A stretch of 24,477 bases of DNA from Calditrichia bacterium (GCA_050633245.1 JBOEGD010000019.1:1-24477), one strand, 5' to 3'; numbered from the stretch's first letter, positions 1 to 9,182 are shown. Program-made: numbers and translations. The notes: generated by a model not told the origin, from the sequence alone.

Positions 1-558
1 GAACTCGGCGAGATTGAAAGTGCACTCGCTGAACAGCCTTCAGTGGAGCAGGCCGTGGTATTGGTCCGTGAAATGACTCCCGGCGATAAACGACTTGTTG
101 CATATGTGGGAATAAATTACGATTATCCTTTCCGCGTCGGAAAAGTGCGCAAGAAATTGCGCGGGCTGTTGCCCGAATATATGGTGCCGGCTGCATATGT
201 TCAGCTTGAAGAATTTCCACTGACACCGAATGGTAAGATCGACCGCAAGGCATTGCCAATGCCGGAGAGCTGGCGTTCTGATAACACTTCAGCTGTTGTT
301 GAGCCATCAACCGACATGGAAAAGCAAATTGCAGAAATCTGGAAAGAACTTCTTATGGTAAATACAGTAAGTGTTCAGGATAACTTCTTTGACATCGGCG
401 GCCATTCACTGCTTTCAGTTAAGATGTTGTCGATGCTGGAAGAAACTGTTGGATTTCGTTTGGCGTTGCGTCATGTGCTGGTGCAGACTCTCGGCCAGCT
501 TGCCTACTTGTGCGAGCAAAAGCTGGGAATTAAGGCTACCAGCGAAATGACGACATAA
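1..558 (+). CDS. NRPS, 3' fragment (A-domain C-terminal subdomain + T domain), 5'-truncated
   Basis: Frame 1 is open from base 1 (ELGEIESALAEQPSVEQAVV, the end of motif A8). A9 LPEYMVP, A10 TPNGKIDRKAL and T motif DNFFDIGGHSLL are present. It ends about 45 aa after the phosphopantetheine Ser with no TE. The track start at 43 is an internal GTG. Confidence 0.95.
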   Translation, partial: ELGEIESALAEQPSVEQAVVLVREMTPGDKRLVAYVGINYDYPFRVGKVRKKLRGLLPEYMVPAAYVQLEEFPLTPNGKIDRKALPMPESWRSDNTSAVVEPSTDMEKQIAEIWKELLMVNTVSVQDNFFDIGGHSLLSVKMLSMLEETVGFRLALRHVLVQTLGQLAYLCEQKLGIKATSEMTT

Positions 559-594
559 GATTAGATTCTTTGATTGACAGGATATATAGTTAGA

Positions 595-1398
595 ATGATT
601 GAAACCTTTTACTTTGGGCCTGCTAAAACCTCCCTGTATGGAGTCTATAATGCTCCTTCTGCTGCAAAAGATAATTCCCACGGAGTTGTGCTTTGTTATC
701 CATTTGGACAGGAATATATTCGCGTTCATCGCTCATTTCAGCTTCTGGCCAGACGGTTAAGCGATGCCGGATTTCACGTCATGCGGTTCGACTTCTACGG
801 AAGTGGTGACTCATTTGGTCGCTCCGAAGAGGTGTCTATTGCACAGTGGATCAAAGATATTAACTTTGCTGTTGAAGAGCTTGAAGACAATGCCGATTTT
901 GATGAAGTCTCCTTAGTTGGATTACGCCTCGGAGCTTCTGTTGCCGCATTGGCTGCCGCCAGGGAAGAGCGGTTTGCAAACCTCATTCTATGGGAGCCGG
1001 TAATCAGTGGCGCTGAATACCTGGCAGAACTTACCGGAATGCAGCAGAAGTGGTTAAAAGATCAGCTTGCTCAGCCTGCAGCAGATAAACGAGCAATAAA
1101 CGGAATGGAAAGTATTGGCTTTCCCGTGCCGCAACAGCTTCAGGAAGAATTGCGACGCCTGAATTTACTGGGTATTAAAGCACAGATTTCCGGAAATGCA
1201 TTAATCCTGGCCCGCGACTCTTATGGTGGACTAAAGGAACTGCTTGAAGGAACGCTTCTCCAGAAGAAAGATTCTGCCGAGTTGCGGGTTCAGCATGGGC
1301 CCGCCGTTTGGCTGAGAGAAGAGCGTCTGGAAAATACATTGGTGCCGAAAGAGAGTCTCGATACAATTATTCATTGGTTAAGTGAGCAGTTAAAATGA
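595..1398 (+). CDS. Alpha/beta-hydrolase fold protein resembling exosortase A-associated hydrolase 2 (GLRLG elbow)
   Basis: Motifs VVLCYPFGQEY, GFHVMRFDFYGSGDS, elbow VGLRLGA (Arg in place of the nucleophile) and LILWEPVISGAEYL. ATG 595 follows AGGA; TTG 574 is an alternative start. Confidence 0.85.
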   Translation: MIETFYFGPAKTSLYGVYNAPSAAKDNSHGVVLCYPFGQEYIRVHRSFQLLARRLSDAGFHVMRFDFYGSGDSFGRSEEVSIAQWIKDINFAVEELEDNADFDEVSLVGLRLGASVAALAAAREERFANLILWEPVISGAEYLAELTGMQQKWLKDQLAQPAADKRAINGMESIGFPVPQQLQEELRRLNLLGIKAQISGNALILARDSYGGLKELLEGTLLQKKDSAELRVQHGPAVWLREERLENTLVPKESLDTIIHWLSEQLK

Positions 1399-2255
1399 AA
1401 GAACAGGTCTACTCTTTTGGAGATAAAAAAGGACTGTGCGGTGTAATTACCGATCCTTCCGAAAAGAATGCAGATCTTCCTGGGCTGATTATCCTGAACT
1501 CGGGACTTATTCCACATATTGGTCCAAACCGGCTGAGCGTGCAGTTAGCCAGACAAATGTCTGAAAGCGGATACACTACGCTACGCTTCGACTTCTCCGG
1601 TATCGGTGACAGTCAATTGCGCAGCGATTTTATTCCCTTCGAACAGAGTGCGCCCCTCGAAACGCGACAGGCTATGGACTTTCTGCAAAAAGCCCGCGGG
1701 ATTTCGCGCTTTGTCGTGACAGGTATCTGCAGTGGTGCAGATACTTCATTTTTCACCGCTCTGGAAGATGAGCGAATTGTGGGAATCATCCCGGTCGATT
1801 TTTATGGTGTTGGTTCAGTTGGCTATCAGATTAGTAGCTATCGCAAACGATTATTGCAGCCGCGTAGCTGGATAAATCTGGCGACGGGAAAAAGTGATAT
1901 TTGGAACCTGGTGAGTAAGCTGCCTGAAAAGCTTTCAAAGAAAGAAGTGAAACCTGTCGATACAACCAGCAGTGAAATAGAAGGTGCTTTTCCCTCAACG
2001 GACAAGATAGTAGAACATTTTCATACTTTATTTTCACGTAAGTTCGCAGTTCTTCTATTATATTCTGCAGGAAGCCCATCATACTACAACTATACTACTA
2101 TTTTTCGAAGCGCGCTCCGTGATTACGCATCAAAAGGCGCCCTTCGAATTACCTACCTCAAAGATTCAGATCACGGTTTTACCTTGAGATATAATCAGGA
2201 ACTGTATTTGCAAAATATCAATTCCTGGCTGCTTGCAACTTTTTCAAAAAAGTAG
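1395..2255 (+). CDS. Alpha/beta-hydrolase fold protein resembling exosortase A-associated hydrolase 1 (GICSG elbow)
   Basis: Motifs LNSGLIPHIGPNRLSV, LRFDFSGIGDS, elbow TGICSGAD and C-terminal SDHGFT (candidate catalytic His). ATGA overlap with the upstream hydrolase gene. Confidence 0.85.
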   Translation: MKEQVYSFGDKKGLCGVITDPSEKNADLPGLIILNSGLIPHIGPNRLSVQLARQMSESGYTTLRFDFSGIGDSQLRSDFIPFEQSAPLETRQAMDFLQKARGISRFVVTGICSGADTSFFTALEDERIVGIIPVDFYGVGSVGYQISSYRKRLLQPRSWINLATGKSDIWNLVSKLPEKLSKKEVKPVDTTSSEIEGAFPSTDKIVEHFHTLFSRKFAVLLLYSAGSPSYYNYTTIFRSALRDYASKGALRITYLKDSDHGFTLRYNQELYLQNINSWLLATFSKK

Positions 2256-2306
2256 CGCATAAAAAGATCCAAAATTATTCTTCTATCGTAAGTATATTAT
2301 AGTGAT

Positions 2307-2322
2307 CGTGAATAAGCTCACA
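2307..2322. promoter_or_regulatory. CRP/FNR-family-like binding site 1 (CGTGA-ATAAGC-TCACA)
   Basis: Matches TGTGA-N6-TCACA at 9 of 10 positions and lies in the longest intergenic gap of the window (2256-2524). Confidence 0.55.
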
Positions 2323-2341
2323 AGCTAATATTTGACTGGAA

Positions 2342-2357
2342 TGTGAGCACGATCAAA
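2342..2357. promoter_or_regulatory. CRP/FNR-family-like binding site 2 (TGTGA-GCACGA-TCAAA)
   Basis: Matches TGTGA-N6-TCACA at 9 of 10 positions and starts 35 bp after the start of site 1. Confidence 0.55.
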
Positions 2358-2524
2358 GTAGTTGTTGCCTTGTTCAGTGATCTTAGTAGTGCGTGTTGAG
2401 TGCCTTTCTTTTTTAGGCTTCCATTCTTCCTAACCCAAACCTGGAAGGGTGATTCTCTTAAAACCATTTATTCTTCTATCGGTCTCCGAGCGGATACGTA
2501 AAACCCATAACCAAGGATATACCC

Positions 2525-3703
2525 GTGATTCTTGCTTCTATTTATTCCCTCAGGGAAAAGCTGACCTATTTTATTTTTCTCTTTCTAGTTATGCTAAGCA
2601 GCATTGGCTATTCGCACTCAATGGGCGAGAGCTATGTATTTATGAACGTTACCGAGAACTCTGTTCAAGGGCGTTTCGAACTGACATGTAATGACTTGAA
2701 TGCGGCACTCCAGTTAAATGACAGTACCGGCTTAATAACCGCCGACAACTACGAGCAGTATCTTGCTGATATTCAGGCTTATGTAAAAAATAACATTTCG
2801 TTTAGCAACAACGGTACAACGCTGCCGATTCGTTTCACCAAGCATGAAGTTCGTATGATTGAAAAATTATCGAATTTTGTTCTGCTGGACTTTTCTCTGA
2901 TGGAAGGGCTGGATAGCCCGCCTGAAGGACTTGATATTGAGTGGAATTTCCTCTTCGACCAGAACGACAAGCATCGCGGGCTATTGGTTATCGAACATTT
3001 TTGGCGTGCTAACCTTTTCGAAAACGAGCGCGTTGTATCATTGATTTTCGATGCCGATGAACGGCGTCAACGTCTCGACCTTACAAAGTTCTCTATCTGG
3101 ACTGGCTTTGTCGGTGTGGTGAAATTGGGCATTAAACATATATTTGAGGGAATCGATCACATTCTTTTTCTGGTCGCCCTCATTCTTCCAGCGGTTTTAT
3201 ATCGTGAAGAAAAAGACTGGTTCGCTGTCCCCGCATTTAAACCTGCACTCATAAACGTAGTTAAGATTGTTACCTTATTTACTGTCGCGCATAGTATTAC
3301 GCTGAGTATCGCATCTCTTGGTTGGTTAAGCATGCCCTCTTGGCTGGTTGAGTCTATTATTGCTGCCTCTATTGCTATTGCAGCCCTGGATAATCTTATT
3401 CCTATATTTGGCAAACGCATGTGGATGGTTGTTTTTGGATTTGGCCTTTTCCACGGTTTTGGTTTCGCCAGTGTGTTGGGAGATCTGGGTATACTCGGAG
3501 AACACAAGCTCCTAACGCTTTTCGGCTTTAACCTTGGCGTCGAGCTCGGTCAGGTTGCTATTATTTGCGCCATCTTTCCGGTTCTCTATCTGCTGCGCAA
3601 GTTGTCAATTTACAATCCGGTTTTTCTAAAGCTCGGAAGTGTTGGCCTTATTATTATGGCATTAATCTGGTTTGCAGAAAGAGCCTTCGACTTCTCTTTC
3701 TAA
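2525..3703 (+). CDS. HupE/UreJ-family (HupE_UreJ_2-like) membrane protein with an N-terminal periplasmic domain; putative metal transporter
   Basis: Signal-peptide-like N-terminus ending GYS|H (mature protein would start with His). Multi-TM C-terminal half has the His motifs GIKHIFEGIDHILFL, FTVAHSITL, FGLFHGFGFA and FNLGVELGQ. GTG start follows AAGGA. Confidence 0.88.
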   Translation: MILASIYSLREKLTYFIFLFLVMLSSIGYSHSMGESYVFMNVTENSVQGRFELTCNDLNAALQLNDSTGLITADNYEQYLADIQAYVKNNISFSNNGTTLPIRFTKHEVRMIEKLSNFVLLDFSLMEGLDSPPEGLDIEWNFLFDQNDKHRGLLVIEHFWRANLFENERVVSLIFDADERRQRLDLTKFSIWTGFVGVVKLGIKHIFEGIDHILFLVALILPAVLYREEKDWFAVPAFKPALINVVKIVTLFTVAHSITLSIASLGWLSMPSWLVESIIAASIAIAALDNLIPIFGKRMWMVVFGFGLFHGFGFASVLGDLGILGEHKLLTLFGFNLGVELGQVAIICAIFPVLYLLRKLSIYNPVFLKLGSVGLIIMALIWFAERAFDFSF

Positions 3704-3720
3704 CACTACCCAGCGCTATT

Positions 3721-3741
3721 AGCGCATCAGGGTGATGCGCT
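3721..3741. repeat. Perfect intergenic inverted repeat AGCGCATCA-GGG-TGATGCGCT
   Basis: 9-bp perfect stem with a 3-nt loop between two co-oriented genes. There is no U-tract, so it is not a canonical intrinsic terminator. Confidence 0.6.
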
Positions 3742-3773
3742 GTAGATTTGTCAATAATTTGTGAGGCCATCGT

Positions 3774-5342
3774 TTGCTTGAAAGACTATCTGCATTCAAA
3801 CATACGGCTCTGGATTGTGTTTTGCTGCTCTGCGGCTACTATGTTCTGCTGCAGCTCCTTCTACAATTTGGAAATATGCCGGAACAGGCATTTTATGGAA
3901 GCTTTATTTTGCTTGCTGCCTTCCAAAATGCGTGGCTTTATGGTTTTGTTTTAATTGCCTTGGTGGTTGCTCTGGCTTGGTATCGTCGTGAAGATAGTTT
4001 TGCACTAAGTTGGCAAACGATGCCTTCGGGAAACATACTGCGGCTTATTGTCGGGTTGATTGCATTCTTACTGGCCTGGATGTTTTCAAGCTATGATTAC
4101 AACCTTTATTTTGCCTCCGGTCATTGGCCGGACAGATTGCTGCTTCTGTTGTTCTTTGGAATGATTCTGTGGAAACCGCTGATGGTATTGCCGTTTTTGC
4201 TGGTTCTTTTACCGGTAATCTCGCAATTTCATTATCCGATTGGTGGATATTCAGTAGCAGATCCTTTTCCACTCATGAAAATGTTGGTAGCATTTGTCGC
4301 GATGTTGGCTTTGTCTACCCTGCTGAAACGCGATTTCGGGAAAGCCTTCCTGGTGCTGATTTTGTGTATTCAGGCATCGGGATATTGGATCTCGGGAACG
4401 GGAAAGTTTAGCTCTCACTGGATATTGACCGATAAAATTTACTATCTGCTTCCGGCGACTTATGCAAACGGCTGGCTGGCATTTTTTCCACCGGAAACAA
4501 TTTCAGAGTGGACGCAGTGGCTTGGGAACTGGAATTGGCCAATGAAAATTGGAACCCTCATGCTGGAGGTCGGTGCGCTTTTTGTCCTGCTGAGAAGAAA
4601 CCTGACGCTCTTTCTGCTAATTGGATGGATTAGCTTTCACGTTGGCGTGTTCCTTGTCTCCGGAATTGCCTTCTGGCGCTGGGGCCTGCTAGAGCTGTTG
4701 ATTCTTGGCCTTCTGATAAAATATCCGAAAGAGGCATTATTTCAGGTTTATAGTAAATCTGTTTTTGCTGTTTCACTCGTATTGATATTAGGTGCTTCTA
4801 TTTGGTTTAAACCGGTGAAATTATCCTGGCACGATTCCAAAGTAAACTATACTTATCTGCTTGAGGGAATCGGGGAGAGTGGTAAGACTTATAATTTGTC
4901 TCCAGAGTTTTTCCAGCCTTATGAGTATCAGTTTACCCAAAGCCCTTTTGCGTATCTAAGTAGCGAAAAGCAACTAAATGTGGTATGGGGTGCTACCGGA
5001 CGAAAGACAGCGAAAGCGCTACAGCAAGTTAGATCGGCTGAGGATTTATTTGCCCTGGAGGAAAGCAGCGGAAAAATATTCTTCAATGAGAAGAAGACCT
5101 TGCGATTTGAAAAGTTTATTCGAATGTTCGTCAGCGCCTTAAATAAGGAAAAGTCGAAACGAACCTGGTGGGAAAGTATTCAGGCGCCACACCTGCTACA
5201 GACATTCAACAGCGGCGTAGAATATGACGGAGCAGAGAAAATTAACAGCATTACAGTAACTCAATTAACAACCTTCTATGATGAAAAAAAATATAAAGAG
5301 ATTCGACGGCGGCCGGTTCGCACTATCGCTATCGAACGATAA
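3774..5342 (+). CDS. Polytopic membrane protein, HTTM-like (vitamin K-dependent carboxylase/SdpB-related), with a soluble C-terminal domain
   Basis: Roughly 10 hydrophobic segments. Motifs YWISGTGK, TLMLE and SFHVGVFLVSGIAFW occur in the order typical of HTTM domains. TTG start follows GAGG. The CDS is secure; the family call is tentative. Confidence 0.6.
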   Translation: MLERLSAFKHTALDCVLLLCGYYVLLQLLLQFGNMPEQAFYGSFILLAAFQNAWLYGFVLIALVVALAWYRREDSFALSWQTMPSGNILRLIVGLIAFLLAWMFSSYDYNLYFASGHWPDRLLLLLFFGMILWKPLMVLPFLLVLLPVISQFHYPIGGYSVADPFPLMKMLVAFVAMLALSTLLKRDFGKAFLVLILCIQASGYWISGTGKFSSHWILTDKIYYLLPATYANGWLAFFPPETISEWTQWLGNWNWPMKIGTLMLEVGALFVLLRRNLTLFLLIGWISFHVGVFLVSGIAFWRWGLLELLILGLLIKYPKEALFQVYSKSVFAVSLVLILGASIWFKPVKLSWHDSKVNYTYLLEGIGESGKTYNLSPEFFQPYEYQFTQSPFAYLSSEKQLNVVWGATGRKTAKALQQVRSAEDLFALEESSGKIFFNEKKTLRFEKFIRMFVSALNKEKSKRTWWESIQAPHLLQTFNSGVEYDGAEKINSITVTQLTTFYDEKKYKEIRRRPVRTIAIER

Positions 5343-5354
5343 CCAGAGGATGGT

Positions 5355-6425
5355 ATGAAGTCATTAATTCTAGCGGTAGATGATATCAGAACGATCGTAC
5401 AAAAAGTCGGTCGTAACGCTCTCATGGATGAGCTGATCTCGCGTATGACAACAGCATTCGATAATTATAGTCAGGAAAAAATTAAGATTCCGATGAGAGA
5501 TGGATTTCAATATACCAAGCCGGTTTTAGGGCTTCTTGAGTGGATGCCGATTATGGAAGTGGGGCGAAAAAGCACGATTAAGATGGTGGGATATCATCCG
5601 CACAACCCGACGCAGCAGAACTTGCCGACCATTATTTCGACAATAAGTGCCTTCGATGCAGTCACCGGACATCTGATTGGATTGGCAGACGCGACATTCA
5701 CAACTGCCCTTCGAACAGGTGCCGCTTCCGCCCTGGCAAGTCGTCTGATGGCAAAAGCAGATAGCAAAACACTTGGTTTAATCGGCTGTGGTGCACAAGC
5801 GGTAACTCAGCTGCAGGCGCTGAGTCGAGTATTCGATTTTGAACGAGTGCTATTACATGACAGCAATTTTAGCGTAGTGCAGTCATTTCAAGAGCGTGTG
5901 GCTTTTCTCGGCATCGATTGTCATGCCACACAGCTCGATGACTTAGTAAAGCAGAGCGACATCATTTGTACGGCAACGTCTGTTGATATCGGCAAAGGAC
6001 CGGTCTTTGATGCGGTTGACCACAAGCCATGGCTGCACGTGAATGCCGTTGGTGCCGACTTTCCAGGTAAGGTGGAAGTGCCGCAGGATTTCCTGAAAAA
6101 AAGCTATGTATCGCCGGATTATCGTCTTCAGGCAATCAAAGAGGGCGAATGCCAACAGCTGGATGAAGAAGAGATCGGTAAAGACCTTGTCGAGATTGTG
6201 CAACACCCGGATGAATACGCTCATCTAAAAGAACAGTCTACGGTGTTCGACTCCACAGGATGGGCACTGGAAGATCAGGTTGCACTTGAATTGCTAATCG
6301 ACTTTGCAAATGAATTCGGTCTTGGCACAGAGATGGATTTGGAATCAATTGCTGAAGACCCGCATAATCCATACTCGTTTGTCGGGGAGAGTAAAACGGT
6401 TAACAGTGTTCAGAAAGCTCGATAA
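5355..6425 (+). CDS. Lysine cyclodeaminase (RapL/PipA-like; ornithine cyclodeaminase/mu-crystallin family), putatively L-pipecolate-forming
   Basis: Motifs LEWMP, TIKMVGY, TALRTGAAS, Rossmann GLIGCGAQA, HVNAVGAD and VFDSTG. The N-terminal DIRTIVQKVGRNALMDELI, internal NLPTII and C-terminal ESIAEDPHNPY match the RapL-type subfamily as I recall it. RBS AGAGGA. Confidence 0.85.
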   Translation: MKSLILAVDDIRTIVQKVGRNALMDELISRMTTAFDNYSQEKIKIPMRDGFQYTKPVLGLLEWMPIMEVGRKSTIKMVGYHPHNPTQQNLPTIISTISAFDAVTGHLIGLADATFTTALRTGAASALASRLMAKADSKTLGLIGCGAQAVTQLQALSRVFDFERVLLHDSNFSVVQSFQERVAFLGIDCHATQLDDLVKQSDIICTATSVDIGKGPVFDAVDHKPWLHVNAVGADFPGKVEVPQDFLKKSYVSPDYRLQAIKEGECQQLDEEEIGKDLVEIVQHPDEYAHLKEQSTVFDSTGWALEDQVALELLIDFANEFGLGTEMDLESIAEDPHNPYSFVGESKTVNSVQKAR

Positions 6426-6436
6426 GGATACTCAAT

Positions 6437-7582
6437 ATGGATTTTAACTGGACACCCCAACAGTTGGCTTTTAAACAATCTGTCATCGAATTTGCGCAGG
6501 ATAATCTGAACGAAGGCGTGAGAGATATGGACCGTGAGGGGCTTTTCCCCGCGGATAAATGGCGCAAATGTGCCGATTTTGGGCTACAGGGTATTTATTA
6601 CGATAAAGCGTTTGGTGGACAGGAACGCGATTTTCTCACCTCGGTCCTCGCAATGGAAGCAATGGGATATGGCTGTCGCGATAATGGTCTTACTTTTGGC
6701 TTAAATGCACAAATTTGGACGGTTCAATTGCCGATCTCTCGCTTTGCAACATATGATCAAAAGAAGCGTTTTTTAGAACCGATGTGTCGCGGCGAAATGA
6801 TTGGAGCCCATGCGATTAGTGAACCGGAATCAGGATCCGATGTGTACAGTATGAGCATGACGGCCACGAAAACGGAAGGCGGCTATCTCCTGAACGGGCG
6901 CAAACGATACATTACCTTCGGACCGATTGCCGATATGGCTCTGGTATTTGCCAGCACCAATCCCGACGTTGGGAAATGGGGCATAAGTGGATTTTTGGTA
7001 GACGCAAAATCTGATGGATACCGTTCACTACCTGTTCAAGAAAAGATGGGACTTCGCACCGTTCCTATTGGCGAACTCGATTTCAAGGACTGCTTCGTTC
7101 CCGAAGAAAACCGCCTTGGAAAAGAAGGCGCGGGAGTTAGTATTTCCAATAGCTCTTTGGAGTGGGAGCGTTGCTGTATTCTTGCCAGCCAGCTTGGTGC
7201 CATGGAGCGGCAGCTGGAGGAGGCGATTGCTTATGCTCGCGAACGAAAGCAGTTTGGTACGACCATCGGAAAATTTCAGTCGGTTTCAAACCGAGTTGTA
7301 GAAATGAAGCTAAGGCTCGAAACGGCACGACTTCTTCTGTATAAAGTTTCCTGGATGAAAGCCAATGATCAGCCCGCCATGCTTGAGTCCTCCCTACTGA
7401 AGCTGTACCTGAGTGAATGCTTTACCGAATCGAGCCTCGATGCAATTCGAATTCATGGTGGCAAAGGATATCTTAGTGAATTTGAAGTTGAACGCGATCT
7501 GCGTGATGCAATCGGTGGTGTTATTTATGGCGGAACTTCTGACATTCAGAAAAACATTGTAGCCCGGCTTTTGGGACTCTAA
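6437..7582 (+). CDS. Acyl-CoA dehydrogenase-fold aminoacyl-carrier-protein dehydrogenase (AnaB/PltE/RedW-like)
   Basis: MDFNWTPQQ start, GYGCRDNGLTF, AHAISEPESGSD, KMGLRT, LEWER (catalytic Glu position of AnaB-type enzymes), QFG..IGKFQSV and IYGGTSDIQ. Adjacent to a stand-alone A enzyme and a PCP. Confidence 0.9.
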   Translation: MDFNWTPQQLAFKQSVIEFAQDNLNEGVRDMDREGLFPADKWRKCADFGLQGIYYDKAFGGQERDFLTSVLAMEAMGYGCRDNGLTFGLNAQIWTVQLPISRFATYDQKKRFLEPMCRGEMIGAHAISEPESGSDVYSMSMTATKTEGGYLLNGRKRYITFGPIADMALVFASTNPDVGKWGISGFLVDAKSDGYRSLPVQEKMGLRTVPIGELDFKDCFVPEENRLGKEGAGVSISNSSLEWERCCILASQLGAMERQLEEAIAYARERKQFGTTIGKFQSVSNRVVEMKLRLETARLLLYKVSWMKANDQPAMLESSLLKLYLSECFTESSLDAIRIHGGKGYLSEFEVERDLRDAIGGVIYGGTSDIQKNIVARLLGL

Positions 7583-7595
7583 ACACTAGAAAATT

Positions 7596-9182
7596 ATGAC
7601 CTATTTAATTCAACATACAGTAGAAGAATCTGCACGCGTTCGCCCCGATCACGATGCCTTTCGAATGAATGGCGAAGGGGTAACGTATGCTATGTTGAAT
7701 GAGCGGGCTAATGCTCTGGCGGCTGAACTGATTCGACGTGGTGTTAAGCCACAAGATCGTATCGGTATCTTTATGAATAAATCGCTGCACTTGCCGGTTG
7801 CTGTCTACGGTATTTTGAAAGCCGGCGCTGCCTATGTGCCGCTCGATCCTGCTTCTGCGGTAGATCGTCTCGATTTTATTCTGCGCGATTGTGGTATTCG
7901 ATTTCTCATTACTCAAAAGAACAGGCTTCGGGTAATTAAGCAAATACCAGAAGTCGCCTCACGTCTCGATGGAATTATCGGGATTGATGTGCCCGAAGAG
8001 TTGGACATCGAAGGTATTCCTTGGAATCGTATTTATGAAAGTAATCACCCGGCGGTTCAGGTGAAATTAATGGAACGCGACCTCGCGTATGTTATGTATA
8101 CATCCGGTTCGACCGGAACGCCGAAAGGCATTATGCATACGCATTCCAGCTGTCTGGCCTATGCGAAACTTTCAGCAGCGCTTTATGATATTAAGCCGGA
8201 AGATCGATTGGCAAATCACTCACCATTGCACTTTGATATGTCTACTTTCGAATTCTTCTCCGGACCGCTTCATGGCGCAACCAGCGTGCTTATTCCGGAG
8301 GAATATACTCGCCTGCCTGCCAGTCTGTCGAAGTTGTTGCAAGACGAAAAAATGACGATTTGGTATTCGGTAACGTTTGCGCTGATGCAGCTTTTGTTGC
8401 GCGGTGTATTAGATGAGCGCAATCTTACCAGTTTGCGGTGGGTACTTTTCGGTGGAGAACCATTCCCCGTAAAATATTTACGTGAGCTTATGTTGAAGTT
8501 GCCTAATGCGCGCTTTAGTAATGTTTATGGTCCGGCGGAAGTAAACCAGTGTACCTTTTACCACCTTCCCTGCGTGCCCGATGAAAATCTTCCATCCGTG
8601 CCGCTTGGAGATATTTGGGAGAATACGACCGGCCTTATTGTAGATGAGGCAGATAATGAGGTTGCCGATGGAGAAGCAGGGGAACTGCTAATTCGCACCG
8701 GAACCATGATGCGCGGATATTGGGGCCGTCCCGACTTAAATGAGCGCGCATTTTTTGTTCGTTCACCCTTTCCGGATTACCGTGAAGTCTATTACCGAAC
8801 CGGCGACCTGGTGCAGCGCGCAGAGGATGGCAATATGCTTTTCCTCGGACGCAAGGATCGGCAGATAAAAACCCGTGGCTTCCGGGTAGAGCTTGATGAG
8901 GTTGAAGCAGTATTGCTTGCACATGCGGCCATTGAAGAGGCTGCTGTCTTCGCCGTTCCAGGCGATGAAGGCACGCGCTTTATTGAAGCTGCTGTTATCC
9001 TGAAAACAAATATGTCTGTAACGGTTAACGATTTAATTACAGAGGCTAAAAGCAAACTTGCACATTATGCCGTTCCAAGAACACTTCGAATTATGCAGGA
9101 ATTTCCAAGAACCGGGACGGGAAAAATTGACAGACTTGCCCTTCAGGAAAAGGCAACTTCAGAGAACATTGAGAAACGCTAA
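7596..9182 (+). CDS. Stand-alone adenylation enzyme (PltF/AnaC-like cyclic imino acid:PCP ligase)
   Basis: Motifs YTSGSTGTPKG, LHFDMS, IWYSV, LFGGE, NVYGPAE, YRTGD, GRKDRQIK and TGKIDR; no C or T domain. Specificity code read by eye is DMFYLGVQCK. Confidence 0.92.
   Translation: MTYLIQHTVEESARVRPDHDAFRMNGEGVTYAMLNERANALAAELIRRGVKPQDRIGIFMNKSLHLPVAVYGILKAGAAYVPLDPASAVDRLDFILRDCGIRFLITQKNRLRVIKQIPEVASRLDGIIGIDVPEELDIEGIPWNRIYESNHPAVQVKLMERDLAYVMYTSGSTGTPKGIMHTHSSCLAYAKLSAALYDIKPEDRLANHSPLHFDMSTFEFFSGPLHGATSVLIPEEYTRLPASLSKLLQDEKMTIWYSVTFALMQLLLRGVLDERNLTSLRWVLFGGEPFPVKYLRELMLKLPNARFSNVYGPAEVNQCTFYHLPCVPDENLPSVPLGDIWENTTGLIVDEADNEVADGEAGELLIRTGTMMRGYWGRPDLNERAFFVRSPFPDYREVYYRTGDLVQRAEDGNMLFLGRKDRQIKTRGFRVELDEVEAVLLAHAAIEEAAVFAVPGDEGTRFIEAAVILKTNMSVTVNDLITEAKSKLAHYAVPRTLRIMQEFPRTGTGKIDRLALQEKATSENIEKR

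Noticed and set aside
595-2255. Exosortase/PEP-CTERM system
   Set aside because: Only the hydrolase family resemblance is present; no exosortase, PEP-CTERM protein or EPS gene is in the window.
2449-2691. 80-aa ORF overlapping the start of the HupE/UreJ gene
   Set aside because: Out of frame with a well-supported CDS and has no recognisable motifs.
3721-3741. Hairpins at 3721-3741 and 12341-12381 as rho-independent terminators or REP elements
   Set aside because: Neither has a U-tract, both sit between co-oriented genes, and I saw no further copies in the window.
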